DNA from: an uncultured Enterobacteriaceae bacterium
GTDB lineage: Bacteria > Desulfobacterota > Binatia > Bin18
Assembly (NCBI GenBank): GCA_964639795.1
Contig: CAZXFE010000003.1
Span: 1-48,938 of the forward strand
Reading direction: 5' to 3'
Length of the DNA stretch: 48,938 nt
The notes below the pieces were generated by a model. That model worked only from the letters and a program-made list of their open reading frames with translations. It made no database searches and had not been told where the DNA came from. The position numbers were made by a program, and so were the translations under genes. Positions 8,438-19,470 of this stretch are shown here, in pieces; within the stretch, counting starts at the first letter, position 1, and each line of letters starts with the position of its first letter.

Positions 8438-11151
8438 GTGCCCGCCTCATCACTGACCAGACGGCTGCGCAGTGCTTCAGTTAAACGCTTAGGGTCTTCG
8501 ACTTTTGCTCCTGTCACATCGGTAACATAGAAGACATCAAGGACCTGGTCGACGTTGGTCGTTATTTTCGCCAGATGAATGACCAGCCCGAGCTGGAAGA
8601 GCGCATAGGTCACACCGAATAATAATCCCGTTCGGTCCGGAGCGGTGATATCGACTAGGGTATACGTGGAAGAAGTTGTGTTGTCTATCGTTATCTCTGT
8701 CCGCAGATGAGGCCGCAGACGCTTGAGAAACGCGGGCGGGCGGGCCGCTTTCAGCAGTTCTTCAACCGTACGTTCGCCACGTAAAACATCTCCGAGCCGT
8801 GAGTAGCATCGGGCCCACGTGTCTTGTGACAGCATGACGTCTTGACGATCGAGGTGAGAGAGACGGAAGACGTCGAGTGCAATCCCTTGCCGACTTGTTG
8901 TGATCCGTGCTCCCGCGACACTCAGCCCACTGACAGCGAGGACCCCTGCAAGCATGGCGAATAGCCCTGGCCGATCACGGGTGACAAGGGCGAGTTCGCT
9001 ATATTCCTGCTCTGGAAAGTGATTCAGACCTACGCGGTAAGGGTCTGCAAGGACCTCAGGCCCTGTTTGTGAGAAGCGGCTAATGAGCTGAAAGTGCCCC
9101 GGGACTGATTCTTCCGGAGTCGTCAAGAAATAGCTATCCGGCATAGCGGTCAAGAAGCCGTTTACCTGTTCGGAAGCCACTTCCGCGCCCAAGGTGTTTC
9201 TCAGTCGCTCTTTACGGCGTTGTACGCGTGCGTCTTGCTCTTCCTCAACGAGCTCACCAGTTTCTAATCGCTCAAGAGTGCGCAGATAGAGTTCACTCAG
9301 TAAGCCGCCTTTCCAACTATTCCACACTTTTGGGCCGACGGCTTTCATGTCGGCAAAGGTGAGCAGGTAGAGTCTCTTTAAGCAGCCTGGATTCTCTACT
9401 GTACGGGCAAATTCAGCAATCAACGTGTCGTCGGAAAGGTCGCGCCTTTGGGCGATGTGGGACATAAAGAGGTGCTGGCGTACGAGGACTTCCCACTCGT
9501 GTGCGTCGTCTCGAGGTAGCTGCCAGCGGGTCGCCGCAGTTTCCACCATTTCCGCACTCCGAGCGGCGTGTTCGACCCCATACCCTTTGCCCACATCGTG
9601 GAAGAGCATGGACAGGAATAAGAGATCGACACGGTCTATTTCGCGCATGACTTGGGTGAGGAGTGGCATGTCTTCTTTGTAGGCACCGTTCCGTAACCGT
9701 TCGAGTTCAGTAACGCCGTGTAGGGTGTGCTCGTCAATCGCGTAAATATGGTACAGATCACGTTGGGTGCGCCAGCGTAAATGCCCAAACTCCGGCAAGA
9801 GCCATTCAAGAACACGTGCTTCGTGCATCTCTCGTATGGTTGGCGCGACCCGTTGCTTCCACGCGAGAATAGCGAAGAAGGCGTCTCGCAGCGCGGGCTG
9901 ACTGGCCGTGTCTGGAGGGATCCGGGTCAGCGCAGTGCGGACGGCTTGCTTGGTTTCTCGCGTACATTGCACCCCGTGGCGTTGGGCGTCATGAAAGATG
10001 GTGACAACATTAAGCGGCTCCTGCGTGAGGATCTCGGTTTTGGTGATATGCAAGGTGTTCTCAACAATCCGTACCCCGTCCCGAATGTCACGACCTCGCG
10101 GACGACCCAAGAAGCTAAAGAGTTGGGCTGTGGTCAAACAGCGCTCAAACATTAATTGCGCGAAATCATAAACAGTTGTGGCGTGCCGATAGTAGGTGCG
10201 CATAAAGCCTGTGGCGTCTGTGAATCCCAGTGTCGAGGCAAGCTGATCTTGGTGTTCGAACGTGAGCTGATCTTGTTCTGTACGGACGAGAAGGTGAAGG
10301 CCATTACGGACCCGCCACAAGAAATCCTGAGCAGTTTCTACTTCCTCAAGCGTCGATTCTGGGACGATGCCTTTGGGGACGAGCTCTCTGAGGTTTTGGA
10401 GTTTGAACTTTACTTTGGCTAGCCACCAGGCGGTATGCAGGTCGCGTAGGCCTCCACAGCCCTCTTTTAGGTTTGGTTCGAGAAGATACAGGGATGCTCC
10501 CTGGCATTGGTGACGTGTCTGACTTTCTTGGGCTTTGGCCTGAAAAAACTGCTCGGTCCGTTTCCCCATAAGCTCTCGGCTTATTGCTGACTGAAACTCC
10601 TGAGCCAAGGACTCCTCGCCACACAAGTAGCGACTGTCGAGCAGTGCCGTCTTGATTTCTAAATCTTTAGCGGCGAGCCGGAGACATTCACGCATATTCC
10701 GAACGGCATGCCCGACTGTCCAGCCTGCGTCCATAAGGCTGTAATAAATGGTCTCCCAAACGGTCTCGGCATACGGAGTAATTTTCCAATGGTAGAGAAA
10801 TAATAAATCGATATCTGAATGAGGGCTCAGCTCCCTTCGACCGTATCCCCCTAGAGCAAAGACACTGCAGCGTTGGCTTAGGCTGGGATAGCGACGCGCG
10901 TAGAGACGCGTCGCGGCCATGAAGACGTAGGCCACAAGCTGGTCGATGAGAGCTGTATGGAGCTGAACAACCGTCCAGCCACTGCTGCCGTCTGCATGGT
11001 GTTGATCCAGAATCTCGTAGATGCGCGTGCGGTAAGTCTTTGCAAGCTGATTCAGATCCCAATTCGGATCTGTCTCAACATCAGGGTCTGCTGACGGCAG
11101 GGGTGGGAGGTCAATCGGGAGCTGGTCAGACTGCAACGCCGGGCTATTCAT
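8434..11151 (-). CDS. glnD: [protein-PII] uridylyltransferase / uridylyl-removing enzyme
   Basis: This 905-aa protein has a nucleotidyltransferase motif (GGYGRRELSPHSDIDLLF), an HD domain (LFHDVGKG) and two ACT-like C-terminal repeats. Confidence 0.88.
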   Translation of the reverse strand: MNSPALQSDQLPIDLPPLPSADPDVETDPNWDLNQLAKTYRTRIYEILDQHHADGSSGWTVVQLHTALIDQLVAYVFMAATRLYARRYPSLSQRCSVFALGGYGRRELSPHSDIDLLFLYHWKITPYAETVWETIYYSLMDAGWTVGHAVRNMRECLRLAAKDLEIKTALLDSRYLCGEESLAQEFQSAISRELMGKRTEQFFQAKAQESQTRHQCQGASLYLLEPNLKEGCGGLRDLHTAWWLAKVKFKLQNLRELVPKGIVPESTLEEVETAQDFLWRVRNGLHLLVRTEQDQLTFEHQDQLASTLGFTDATGFMRTYYRHATTVYDFAQLMFERCLTTAQLFSFLGRPRGRDIRDGVRIVENTLHITKTEILTQEPLNVVTIFHDAQRHGVQCTRETKQAVRTALTRIPPDTASQPALRDAFFAILAWKQRVAPTIREMHEARVLEWLLPEFGHLRWRTQRDLYHIYAIDEHTLHGVTELERLRNGAYKEDMPLLTQVMREIDRVDLLFLSMLFHDVGKGYGVEHAARSAEMVETAATRWQLPRDDAHEWEVLVRQHLFMSHIAQRRDLSDDTLIAEFARTVENPGCLKRLYLLTFADMKAVGPKVWNSWKGGLLSELYLRTLERLETGELVEEEQDARVQRRKERLRNTLGAEVASEQVNGFLTAMPDSYFLTTPEESVPGHFQLISRFSQTGPEVLADPYRVGLNHFPEQEYSELALVTRDRPGLFAMLAGVLAVSGLSVAGARITTSRQGIALDVFRLSHLDRQDVMLSQDTWARCYSRLGDVLRGERTVEELLKAARPPAFLKRLRPHLRTEITIDNTTSSTYTLVDITAPDRTGLLFGVTYALFQLGLVIHLAKITTNVDQVLDVFYVTDVTGAKVEDPKRLTEALRSRLVSDEAGT

Positions 11152-11166
11152 GTAACACTACTTTTC

Positions 11167-12327
11167 TTAGAGTCCTTTGGTGTGTTGCTCTTCGCGAATA
11201 AAGCGGGCAATACCTTGAAAGAGTCCTTCTGCGATGGCTTCTCGGTAGACGGAGGAGCGCAGCAGCTTGCCCTGCAGCCGGTGGGTAAGGAACGATACTT
11301 CAACTAATACGCACGGCATATGTGCTCCGACCAACACGTAGAACGGCCCCTTCTTCACACCGAGGTTGCGGACGCGAGAGTGTCGTTTTGACACCTGGGT
11401 TATCATAGATGTTTGCAGGGCGTGCGCAAGCAAAAGCGACTCTTCGGCTTTTCCATTTTGAATCAGGTCGCTCAGGATATAAGATAGCTCGCTTTGCTTG
11501 TGTTCGGCCGGCTGTACATTCCGAAGGCCGTTCTCCAGGCTTGCGAGGCGAACAGTCGCGCGATCATTCGTGTTGTTGAGATAATAGGTTTCTACGCCTT
11601 GGGCCTGAGGGTTCTTGCTGGCATTGGCGTGGATAGAGAGAAAAAGATCTGCTCTCGCAGCATTGGCGCGGGCCGTCCGATCTGGAAGAGGAATAAATGT
11701 GTCTCTCTCCCGCGTATAGACGACCTCGACAGGGAGACGAGAGGCAAGCTTCTTGCCCAGCCGCTTACTGATGGCCAGTACGACTGTTTTTTCCTTGAGG
11801 CCACCAATTCCGATTGCACCCGGGTCACGGCCACCATGCCCAGGATCGATCATGATACGGTAGCGGGCATGGGGAGGCTTCTGTTCCAGGGAAACCGCTT
11901 TCCCACTCTTGCCTTTGACATCAATAATGAGACGATAGGGCGAGTAGAGAGGAAAGGCGGTGTAACTCTCAATCTGCTCAAGGTCGAGGACAACGCGGGC
12001 GGCTGTTAGGGAGAATTGGCCGGTCCGAATGCGTTTTAAGAGACCATCATGGATGGGGATGGGTGCGGAGGTGCTGGGCCCAATTCGAGCCGGGGAGAAG
12101 TCGATGACGATGCGAGGCGGACGATCGTGGGCGCTGTCTTCTGCGACGGTGAAGTGATTATAGTCCGCCTTAGCCGAGAGTGCGATAATCACCCGAGTAT
12201 AATCGGGGACAGATATATGCCGGATTTCTTCGAGAATGGGTGGGGCCGGGGAAAGCGCAGAAGCAGCTTCCGCCAGACATAGCAGCAGAAAACCGCTCAG
12301 TCCCCAACGCAACGCCCCACCACCCAT
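11167..12327 (-). CDS. N-acetylmuramoyl-L-alanine amidase (AmiC-like, with AMIN-type N-domain)
   Basis: A signal peptide (LLLCLAEAASALS) is followed by an N-terminal beta-rich domain and an amidase_3 core (IMIDPGHGGRDPGA ... LFLSIHANA). Confidence 0.85.
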   Translation of the reverse strand: MGGGALRWGLSGFLLLCLAEAASALSPAPPILEEIRHISVPDYTRVIIALSAKADYNHFTVAEDSAHDRPPRIVIDFSPARIGPSTSAPIPIHDGLLKRIRTGQFSLTAARVVLDLEQIESYTAFPLYSPYRLIIDVKGKSGKAVSLEQKPPHARYRIMIDPGHGGRDPGAIGIGGLKEKTVVLAISKRLGKKLASRLPVEVVYTRERDTFIPLPDRTARANAARADLFLSIHANASKNPQAQGVETYYLNNTNDRATVRLASLENGLRNVQPAEHKQSELSYILSDLIQNGKAEESLLLAHALQTSMITQVSKRHSRVRNLGVKKGPFYVLVGAHMPCVLVEVSFLTHRLQGKLLRSSVYREAIAEGLFQGIARFIREEQHTKGL

Positions 12328-12336
12328 GGGTAGAGT

Positions 12337-13608
12337 CTATGTCCCAAATTCCCAGGATGCAAGATAGCGCCGCTGCTCCGGAGTGAGTCGATCAATCTGG
12401 ATATTCATACTTGCAAGCTTGAGGGTCGAAACCTGGTCTTCGATTTCTTTAGGTACATTATAGACTTGCGGGGTCAATCGCTTCTGCTCGACAGCCCAGC
12501 GTACGCTTAGGGCTTGGGTGGCAAAGCTCATATCCATAACCGCTGGGGGATGCCCCTCTGCTGCGGCAAGATTGACGAGCCGACCTTCGGCAATCACATA
12601 CAGACAGCGCCCATTGGCAAGGTGATAGCCGTCCGTATTTTTCCGGACATTTTTCTCGAATTTTTTGGCCATTTTTTTCAAGGCCTTGACATCGATCTCA
12701 ACGTCGAAATGTCCAGCGTTGCACAGGATGGCACCATCTTGCATGCGCAGGAAATGCTCTTTGCGCATTACGCCGGTATCGCCGGTCACTGAAATAAAGA
12801 GTTCGCCTGCGCGTGCGGCTTCCCGCATCGGCATCACCTGGAAGCCATCCATAGCGGCTTCCAGCCCACGGATGGGATCGACTTCTGTCACGATGACCTG
12901 TGAGCCAAGGCCCCGGGCGCGGCTCGCCACTCCTTTGCCACACCAGCCATAACCACAGACGACAACCACCATACCAGACAAAAGAATATTCGTTGCACGC
13001 AGAATGCCATCAAGGGTCGATTGCCCGGTCCCGTAACGATTATCAAACAGATGCTTGGTCGTTGCGTCATTCACTGCAATGACGGGGAACTTGAGGACGC
13101 CGTCTTTTTCCATAGCCCGTAGCCGGATCACCCCGGTGGTTGTTTCTTCAGTACTGGCACACATCCTATCAATGCGGTCTGCATACATCTTATCGGTATG
13201 CAGCATAGAGACGAGGTCCGCTCCGTCATCCAGGGTCAGGGTTGGTTTATGGGCCAGGGCTTGATGCAGATGCTTATAGTAGGTTTTGTTGTTTTCCCCG
13301 CAGATAGCAAAGGTTGGAATCCCTTCGTATTTGACGAGCCCCGCCGCAACATCATCCTGGGTCGTGAGTGGATTTGACGCGCACAACACGACCTCAGCTC
13401 CACCGGCCTTAAGCGTCCGCATAAGATTCGCCGTTTCTGCTGTCACATGCAGACAGGCGGCTATGCGTATCCCCTTGAGCGGTTGTGAACGGACAAAAGT
13501 CTCCCGGATGCGCCGTAAGGCCAGCATGTGTTGCTCTGCCCATTCAATTCGTTTTTTTCCCTCCTTGGCTAGGCTGGAATCTTTGACATCACCTCGACGT
13601 TTACTCAT
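12337..13608 (-). CDS. ahcY: adenosylhomocysteinase
   Basis: The 423-aa product has the typical SAHH sequence, including NAD-site [22 protein letters not shown] and [10 protein letters not shown] at the C-terminus. Confidence 0.95.
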   Translation of the reverse strand: MSKRRGDVKDSSLAKEGKKRIEWAEQHMLALRRIRETFVRSQPLKGIRIAACLHVTAETANLMRTLKAGGAEVVLCASNPLTTQDDVAAGLVKYEGIPTFAICGENNKTYYKHLHQALAHKPTLTLDDGADLVSMLHTDKMYADRIDRMCASTEETTTGVIRLRAMEKDGVLKFPVIAVNDATTKHLFDNRYGTGQSTLDGILRATNILLSGMVVVVCGYGWCGKGVASRARGLGSQVIVTEVDPIRGLEAAMDGFQVMPMREAARAGELFISVTGDTGVMRKEHFLRMQDGAILCNAGHFDVEIDVKALKKMAKKFEKNVRKNTDGYHLANGRCLYVIAEGRLVNLAAAEGHPPAVMDMSFATQALSVRWAVEQKRLTPQVYNVPKEIEDQVSTLKLASMNIQIDRLTPEQRRYLASWEFGT

Positions 13609-13641
13609 ATTTCCTCTTTATCTCTGTAGTAGTGGCCGCCT

Positions 13642-14823
13642 CTATGCAGCAGTAGTGGCCGCACGCTTGAGCGTGTTCACGCGATCAAGCCGCTCCCAGG
13701 GAAACAGGCCGTTTTCGGCTGGACGGCCAAAGTGGCCGTACGCGGCTGTGGCCTGATAAATGGGACGCTTCAGGTCGAACGTTTGAATAATAGCGGACGG
13801 GTGTAGATCGAATTCCTTTCGAACGATTTCTGCCATACGCTCTTCAGGCAGCACGCCTGTTCCGAAAGTATCGACATAGACGCCGACCGGGTCCGCGACC
13901 CCAATCGCATAGGCGATCTGGACCTCACAGCGTTTGGCTAACTCTGCGGCAACAAGGTTCTTGGCGATATAGCGCGCCATATAGGCCGCTGACCGATCAA
14001 CTTTGCTCGGATCTTTGCCCGAAAAGGCGCCGCCTCCATGCCGACCGGAGCCACCATACGTGTCGACTATAATCTTCCGCCCAGTCAACCCGCAGTCTGC
14101 GTACGGACCGCCGTTTACAAAACGCCCGGTTGGATTGACCAGAAACGCGGTCTTTCTATCCAGGAACTCCGGCGGAATAATCCGTTTGATGACTTCTTCA
14201 ATGACGGCTTCTTTAATCGTTTCATGAGCAGCATCAGGATCATGCTGGGTTGAGATCAGTACAGTATCTGCGCGAACGGGCTTTCCATCCCGGTATTCCA
14301 CCGTGACCTGTGATTTGCTATCCGGTCTGAGAAAGGGCAGTTCCCCCCTTTTTCGTATCGCAGCAAGCTCTTGGACAAGCCGGTGAGCCGTATAAATGGG
14401 GAAAGGCATATACTCTTTGGTTTCGTCACAAGCGAAACCAAACATCATGCCCTGATCGCCTGCACCTTGCTCTTTGAAAAGTCCTTCTCCCGCAGTCACG
14501 CCCTGCGAGATATCTGGAGACTGCCGGTCAAGAGCGGTGAGGACAGCGCAGGTGTTCGCATCAAAACCAAGGGTAGAGTCGGTAAAGCCGATGTCGCGGA
14601 CGACCTGCCGGGCGACGTCCATATAACTAATCTGCGCACGTGTAGTAATTTCTCCGGCAATGACCACCATGCCGGTTTTAACCAGTGTTTCGCACGCCAC
14701 TCGGCTATCTGGGTCTTGCTCTATCAGCGCGTCGAGGATGCCGTCAGAAATCTGGTCGCACATTTTGTCCGGGTGGCCTTCTGACACTGACTCGGATGTG
14801 AATAAATATTCTTTCGCTGCCAT
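13642..14823 (-). CDS. metK: S-adenosylmethionine synthetase
   Basis: Diagnostic motifs are present: [24 protein letters not shown] and [19 protein letters not shown]. Confidence 0.96.
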   Translation of the reverse strand: MAAKEYLFTSESVSEGHPDKMCDQISDGILDALIEQDPDSRVACETLVKTGMVVIAGEITTRAQISYMDVARQVVRDIGFTDSTLGFDANTCAVLTALDRQSPDISQGVTAGEGLFKEQGAGDQGMMFGFACDETKEYMPFPIYTAHRLVQELAAIRKRGELPFLRPDSKSQVTVEYRDGKPVRADTVLISTQHDPDAAHETIKEAVIEEVIKRIIPPEFLDRKTAFLVNPTGRFVNGGPYADCGLTGRKIIVDTYGGSGRHGGGAFSGKDPSKVDRSAAYMARYIAKNLVAAELAKRCEVQIAYAIGVADPVGVYVDTFGTGVLPEERMAEIVRKEFDLHPSAIIQTFDLKRPIYQATAAYGHFGRPAENGLFPWERLDRVNTLKRAATTAA

Positions 14824-14974
14824 AATCTCATCTCCTTGGAACGCCGCTGCTCGTGCCTTTCATAGCAGGGCGCATCTAATAGAATCCCTTTCTGAGCGTC
14901 AAGGGGTGGAAAACTCTGACTATGGTAGGATCAGTTGGAACAGTTCTGTAGTACGGTGCCGCAAGGCCGGAGTG

Positions 14975-15256
14975 TTATTCCTCGTAAAAGCGATGTTCTA
15001 CAACGGCCGTCAGGGCCGCGAGGGCTGCCTTCGCATCGATTCCGTTGATCTGCACCTCGAGAAGACTGCCTTGCGGGGCTCCGAGTGTCAAGAGATCGAG
15101 AACGCTACGACCGTTTGCGGTACGTCCCGCATACCGGACGCTGATCTCAACCTGGAGACCTTTCAACGCCTTGACAAATTCTGCTGCTGCACGCGTATGT
15201 AGACCGAGCGTATTGAGAAGGGTCAGCCGCGTCTGAACGTGATTTACGGAGGGCAT
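14975..15256 (-). CDS. HPr-family phosphocarrier protein (NPr-like, PTS-Ntr context)
   Basis: I trimmed the frame to the ATG at 15256 (93 aa). The active-site His lies in LGLHTRAAAEF and a regulatory Ser region reads GRSVLDLLTLGA. The gene follows rapZ, as npr/ptsO does in proteobacteria. Confidence 0.85.
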   Translation of the reverse strand: MPSVNHVQTRLTLLNTLGLHTRAAAEFVKALKGLQVEISVRYAGRTANGRSVLDLLTLGAPQGSLLEVQINGIDAKAALAALTAVVEHRFYEE

Positions 15257-15270
15257 TATGAAAGAGTAGT

Positions 15271-16128
15271 TTAGCGCTGTAGATCGCGGTGGTGGACGCG
15301 GACGGTATAGTCCCACGTCCGGATATGCTTGCCCAATTCTTCTGCAATGGCGACTGAGCGATGCTGCCCGCCGGTACACCCGATCGCGAGTGTGAGATAA
15401 CTTTTCCCCTCCCTCTTGTGTAGGGGCAGCGTCGACTCGAGTAAGGCGTCCGTATGGTGAAGGAATGCGGTCGTTTCAGCTCGGCTTAGGATAAACTCCG
15501 CAACTGCGCTATCAGTTCCGGTTTGATTCCGAAGCGCTTCGATGAAGAATGGATTGGGCAGAAAGCGAACATCCAGCATCATGTCGGCATCAATTGGGAC
15601 ACCATATTTATACCCAAAGGATTGGACCGTAATGCGCAAGGTCATTTGCGGGTTGGTCTGTTGCTCAAGATACTGATGCAGGACCTCCCGGAGTTCATGA
15701 ACCGTATACGCTGAAGTATCAAGTATCTGATCTGCCCAGTCCCGGAGTCCGGCGAGTCGTTCACGTTCGGTTCGAATGCCCTGAACGACCCCGCCCTTTC
15801 CTGCAGCTGGATGCGGGCGTCGTGTTTCACTGAAGCGGCGTACAAGTACGTCCTCAGCTGCTTCGAAATAGAGGATTGCAACATGATGACCCCTCGTCCG
15901 CAGCCCATCGAGGACAGCGGGGTATTCATGCAGGGAAACACGTTCACGCAGATCAATGCAGAGCGCTACGCGCCCAATAGGTTCCTTGGTATTTTCGCTG
16001 AGTTCGAGAAAACGCGGTATGAGCGTAACGGGTAGGTTATCTATACAGTAGAACCCGAGGTCCTCAAGCACATGGATCGCTGTACTCTTTCCTGAGCCCG
16101 ATAAACCTGTAATAATCACAACCTGCAT
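15271..16128 (-). CDS. rapZ: RNase adapter / nucleotide-binding protein RapZ
   Basis: The product starts MQVVIITGLSGSGKST (Walker A) and has C-terminal GCTGGQHRSV. An alternative GTG at 16161 overlaps the ptsN stop. Confidence 0.88.
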   Translation of the reverse strand: MQVVIITGLSGSGKSTAIHVLEDLGFYCIDNLPVTLIPRFLELSENTKEPIGRVALCIDLRERVSLHEYPAVLDGLRTRGHHVAILYFEAAEDVLVRRFSETRRPHPAAGKGGVVQGIRTERERLAGLRDWADQILDTSAYTVHELREVLHQYLEQQTNPQMTLRITVQSFGYKYGVPIDADMMLDVRFLPNPFFIEALRNQTGTDSAVAEFILSRAETTAFLHHTDALLESTLPLHKREGKSYLTLAIGCTGGQHRSVAIAEELGKHIRTWDYTVRVHHRDLQR

Positions 16129-16160
16129 AGCTGCACCGTCGCTGTGGGTGCCGTCCTGCA

Positions 16161-16622
16161 CTACAGATTGCCATCTTCCTCAGCAATCATCCGGTGTAAA
16201 TCGGCTGGGCTACCGCCTTGGAGTAAACGTCCCCGAAAAGCGTTATCTTTTAATAAACGAGAGACCCGGGCAAGGGCTTTCAAATGTACACCCGCAGAAT
16301 CTTCGGGGGCAACAAGTAAAAAGAAAAGCTTTGTGAGTGCGCCATCAAGGGATTCGCAATCAACGCCGTGGGCGCTCAGACCAAAGACGGCAACCACCTC
16401 TTTGAGGCCGGACAATTTTCCGTGCGGGATAGCAATCCCTTCGCCGATCGCCGTCGTGCCGAGACGCTCACGATCAAGAAGAACGGAGACGAGCTGATCA
16501 GCATGAACATCTGGGTAATGGTGGGCGAGATGTTCGGCAAGCTCACGTATGACGTCCGTCTTTGTCGTGCCTTGGAGTTGGGGAAGAATGAGTTCTTGTG
16601 TAAGGATATCAACGACACGCAT
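16161..16622 (-). CDS. ptsN: PTS IIA-like nitrogen regulatory protein PtsN
   Basis: I trimmed the frame to the ATG at 16622 (MRVVDILT). The EIIA-2 fold carries the phospho-His motif GEGIAIPHGK. The longer ORF-track frame would overlap the rpoN 3' end. Confidence 0.85.
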   Translation of the reverse strand: MRVVDILTQELILPQLQGTTKTDVIRELAEHLAHHYPDVHADQLVSVLLDRERLGTTAIGEGIAIPHGKLSGLKEVVAVFGLSAHGVDCESLDGALTKLFFLLVAPEDSAGVHLKALARVSRLLKDNAFRGRLLQGGSPADLHRMIAEEDGNL

Positions 16623-16644
16623 AGCAGGATTCCTTGTCCACGGA

Positions 16645-18093
16645 TTAACAGGCGTACTTCCGTTTTGCCGATGGGAGGATTTTGAGATTCTCTCGATATT
16701 TGGCCACAGTTCTGCGGGCAATCTTGACATTACTCCGTGCGAGGGTCCGAACGATCTCTTCGTCACTGAGCGGTTTTTGGGTGTCCTCTGTGCTGATGAG
16801 TTCCTGAATCTGGGCTTTGACGCTTTCGGCTGACACATCTTGGCCATGCTGGCCTTTGAGTCCGGTCGTAAAGAATTTTTTCAGTGCGTAGACGCCACGC
16901 GGGGTCGCAATATATTTCCCTGAAATCGCCCGACTGACCGTTGACTCATGCGTGCCGATATCATGGGCAACATCGCGCAGGACGAGGGGCCGCATGTGCG
17001 AGATTCCGTATGTGAGAAAGTCTTCCTGGAATTTAACCAGACTTTCCGTAACCATAAGCAGGGTTCGTTGACGTTGATGAATACTCTTAATGAGCCACGC
17101 CGCAGCACGCAGTTTCTCTTGGACATAATCTTTTGCTTCGCCGCCCTGGGTGAGAAGACGGCGGTAGGTGTTGCTCACCTTGAGACGGGGCAAGCCTTCC
17201 TCGTTCAGCGTAACAACATAGTCGTCCCCTAACTTATGGACGTAGACATCCGGGGTAACATAGCGAATATCTCCATCTCCATAATTACGCCCCGGCTTGG
17301 GTTCAAGCGAGGTGATGAGCTTAACCGCATGCTGGAGTTCTTCCTCTGGGACATTCAACTCTTTTGCCAGACGCTCGAATCGGCGTCCTTCGAGTGCGGG
17401 CAGATGGTGTTGGACGATGGTTGTAGTGAGAAGGATCAAGGACTCTTCGACTACATCTTCTTCTCGTTGTGGTGGGTTGAGTTGCAAGAGGAGACATTCT
17501 TGGAGATCACGTGCGCCGACTCCAGCAGGGTCACAAGATTGGATAATGCGTAAGACACGTTCAACAACCCCTGGACTGACTGCGGCGCTTTCTGCTAGCT
17601 CGTCGGTACTCGCTTGAAAATACCCGTCAACGTCGAGATTTCCAAGAATTAAAGAGGCAATATGTTCTCCCGTTTCCGTGAGATCCCGAAAACGAAGCTG
17701 CCAGGTGAGGTGTTCCACTAAGGACTCTGTCCTTGGGAAGCGATCCTCTGGGGCGTTTTGGCGTTCATCGTCAGCATCCTCGTCCCCGGTTGGGGGCAGT
17801 GAGGGCATCTCATTATTATTATTATAGCTACTTAAGTACGTTTGCCAGTCAATCTCTCCTTTGTCGTCTTTTTGCTCAGTTTGTTTTGGCTCTTCGCCGT
17901 TTGCTCGGCCGTCGTCAAAAATCGGTTCGTCTTCGTTGACGCGTTCGACGACTGGATTCTCTGCCAGCTCTTCATCAATCAAGGTATCGAGCTCTCCACG
18001 CGGCAGTTGGAGAATTCTTATGGCCTGCCGCAACTGTGGCGTCATGACCAGTTTCTGTGTCAACTTCTGTGTTAGCCTGAGTTCTAAAGCCAT
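16645..18093 (-). CDS. rpoN: RNA polymerase sigma-54 factor
   Basis: The Gln/Leu-rich N-terminus reads LRLTQKLTQKLVMTPQLRQAIRILQ. An acidic region II follows, and the RpoN box ARRTVAKYRE is present. Confidence 0.96.
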   Translation of the reverse strand: MALELRLTQKLTQKLVMTPQLRQAIRILQLPRGELDTLIDEELAENPVVERVNEDEPIFDDGRANGEEPKQTEQKDDKGEIDWQTYLSSYNNNNEMPSLPPTGDEDADDERQNAPEDRFPRTESLVEHLTWQLRFRDLTETGEHIASLILGNLDVDGYFQASTDELAESAAVSPGVVERVLRIIQSCDPAGVGARDLQECLLLQLNPPQREEDVVEESLILLTTTIVQHHLPALEGRRFERLAKELNVPEEELQHAVKLITSLEPKPGRNYGDGDIRYVTPDVYVHKLGDDYVVTLNEEGLPRLKVSNTYRRLLTQGGEAKDYVQEKLRAAAWLIKSIHQRQRTLLMVTESLVKFQEDFLTYGISHMRPLVLRDVAHDIGTHESTVSRAISGKYIATPRGVYALKKFFTTGLKGQHGQDVSAESVKAQIQELISTEDTQKPLSDEEIVRTLARSNVKIARRTVAKYRENLKILPSAKRKYAC

Positions 18094-18120
18094 AGGACTT
18101 CGACCCTATTACTAGAGTTA

Positions 18121-18852
18121 CTAGAGGCGAAAGCGTTCTCCCAAGTACACTTTTCGGGTCCGACTACTTTCTGTGAGTTCCTGTGGTGTCCCTTCCTCAA
18201 AGACGCTGCCGTCACTCAAAATATACGCACGATCGCAGATACTCAGCGTCTCCCGGACATTATGGTCGGTGAGGAGGATGCCGATGCCCTGATTGCGCAG
18301 TTGTGTGATAATGTCTTGGATATCGACAACCGAGATCGGGTCGATGCCGGCAAATGGCTCATCGAGCAGCATAAATGCCGGTAACATGACGAGCGCGCGA
18401 GAAATCTCGACCCGGCGCCGCTCTCCACCAGAAAGCGAGTCTGCACGGTTCGCAGCAAGATGACTAATGCGCAGATCGGCAAGCAACTGGGTCAACCGCT
18501 CCTGGCGTTGTGGCCGCGTCAGGGCTGTAGTCTCCAGAATAGCCATAATGTTCTCTGCAACCGTCAACTTGCGGAATACCGATGGTTCTTGAGGCAGATA
18601 GGTGACCCCTTTGCGTGCCCGTTTATGCATGGGCAGAGTAGTAATGTCCTCATCATTATAATGGACGTCTCCTCGGTCAGGCCGGATAATACCGACAATG
18701 ATGGAAAAGGTTGTCGTTTTTCCAGCGCCGTTTGGGCCGAGTAGCCCGACCACTTCGCCACCCTTGACACGGATGCTGACATCACGCAGCACCGGTCGTT
18801 TTCCATATGTTTTCCACAAGCCTGCTGCTTGGAGGACTGGAGTATCACTCAC
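18121..18852 (-). CDS. lptB: LPS export ABC transporter ATP-binding protein
   Basis: GTG start. Motifs are Walker A GPNGAGKTT, signature LSGGERRR and Walker B MLLDEPFAG. The gene sits between lptA and rpoN. Confidence 0.95.
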   Translation of the reverse strand: MSDTPVLQAAGLWKTYGKRPVLRDVSIRVKGGEVVGLLGPNGAGKTTTFSIIVGIIRPDRGDVHYNDEDITTLPMHKRARKGVTYLPQEPSVFRKLTVAENIMAILETTALTRPQRQERLTQLLADLRISHLAANRADSLSGGERRRVEISRALVMLPAFMLLDEPFAGIDPISVVDIQDIITQLRNQGIGILLTDHNVRETLSICDRAYILSDGSVFEEGTPQELTESSRTRKVYLGERFRL

Positions 18853-18882
18853 CGAAACGCTCTTTCTTTTTGGTCAGTCTGC

Positions 18883-19470
18883 CTATTCCGGAATGAGGAC
18901 CATGTGTGCTTGTCGTTCGCCCTTACCACCCTGAACCACACTCCGTTTCTCGTCGAGAAAAATTCTGACAACCTCACCCGTTATACGGTTGGTTCCTTCT
19001 TGGAGGATGGCTTTGCCGCTGAGCGTCACGGTCCGTTTGGTTTCGCTAAACACGGCCTTTCGACTTGTCGCTCTACGCTCCCCCGAAGTAATTTCAACAT
19101 GACCTTCGGCAATGATCTGCTTGATCTGTTGGCGCGTTGTTGTTGAGGACGCCGGTGTCGGTACGACGTCTTCCCACGTGACGGTTAGCACGTCGCTTTT
19201 CAATGTCATATCGCCTTGCACGACCACCACGTTCCCGCGGAACTGGGTCCGCTTTTCCTCGTGGAAGTACTCGAAGCCGTGCGAACGGATGTCAATCGGG
19301 TCTTTCCGCGACGTAAGTGAGAACGAATCAGCGAATGTTGCTGTCGGACTCGAAGCGAGTCGAGTCTCTTGTTGGGCGTTTGTTTGTTCTGCGGCAAGAG
19401 GTGGCACGGAGAGCCCGAGGGTCAAGGCAGTGATCGTTGTCCAGACCCTCCACCGAGTCCAGAGAAGCAT
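18883..19470 (-). CDS. lptA: LPS transport periplasmic protein LptA (OstA-like)
   Basis: A signal peptide is followed by an OstA-type repeated beta pattern (FRGNVVVVQGDMTLKSD, LSGKAILQEGTN). The start overlaps the lptC stop (TAATG). Confidence 0.8.
   Translation of the reverse strand: MLLWTRWRVWTTITALTLGLSVPPLAAEQTNAQQETRLASSPTATFADSFSLTSRKDPIDIRSHGFEYFHEEKRTQFRGNVVVVQGDMTLKSDVLTVTWEDVVPTPASSTTTRQQIKQIIAEGHVEITSGERRATSRKAVFSETKRTVTLSGKAILQEGTNRITGEVVRIFLDEKRSVVQGGKGERQAHMVLIPE

Noticed and set aside
14824-14974. Possible SAM-responsive riboswitch in the 150-nt metK leader
   Set aside because: I can see a TTGACG-type -35 element and one imperfect hairpin (GCCCTGCT…AGCAGCGGC). I cannot see the conserved cores of the SAM-I, SAM-II or SAM-V classes as I remember them. 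A covariance-model scan would be needed to settle this.
16623-16847. Long N-terminal extensions in the ORF track (for example ptsN 16623-16847, ADH 3363-3527, SDR 34881-35024, HPr 15257-15379, crotonase 2349-2501, ArsC-like 44724-44852)
   Set aside because: The extensions overlap neighbouring genes or intergenic DNA, lack Shine-Dalgarno sequences, and precede internal ATGs that have strong Shine-Dalgarno sequences and family-typical N-termini. I used the internal starts.
17812-17825. (ATT)n microsatellite-like run
   Set aside because: It lies inside rpoN and encodes the Asn run (YNNNNEM) of the variable acidic region II. It is in frame and shows no sign of slippage.
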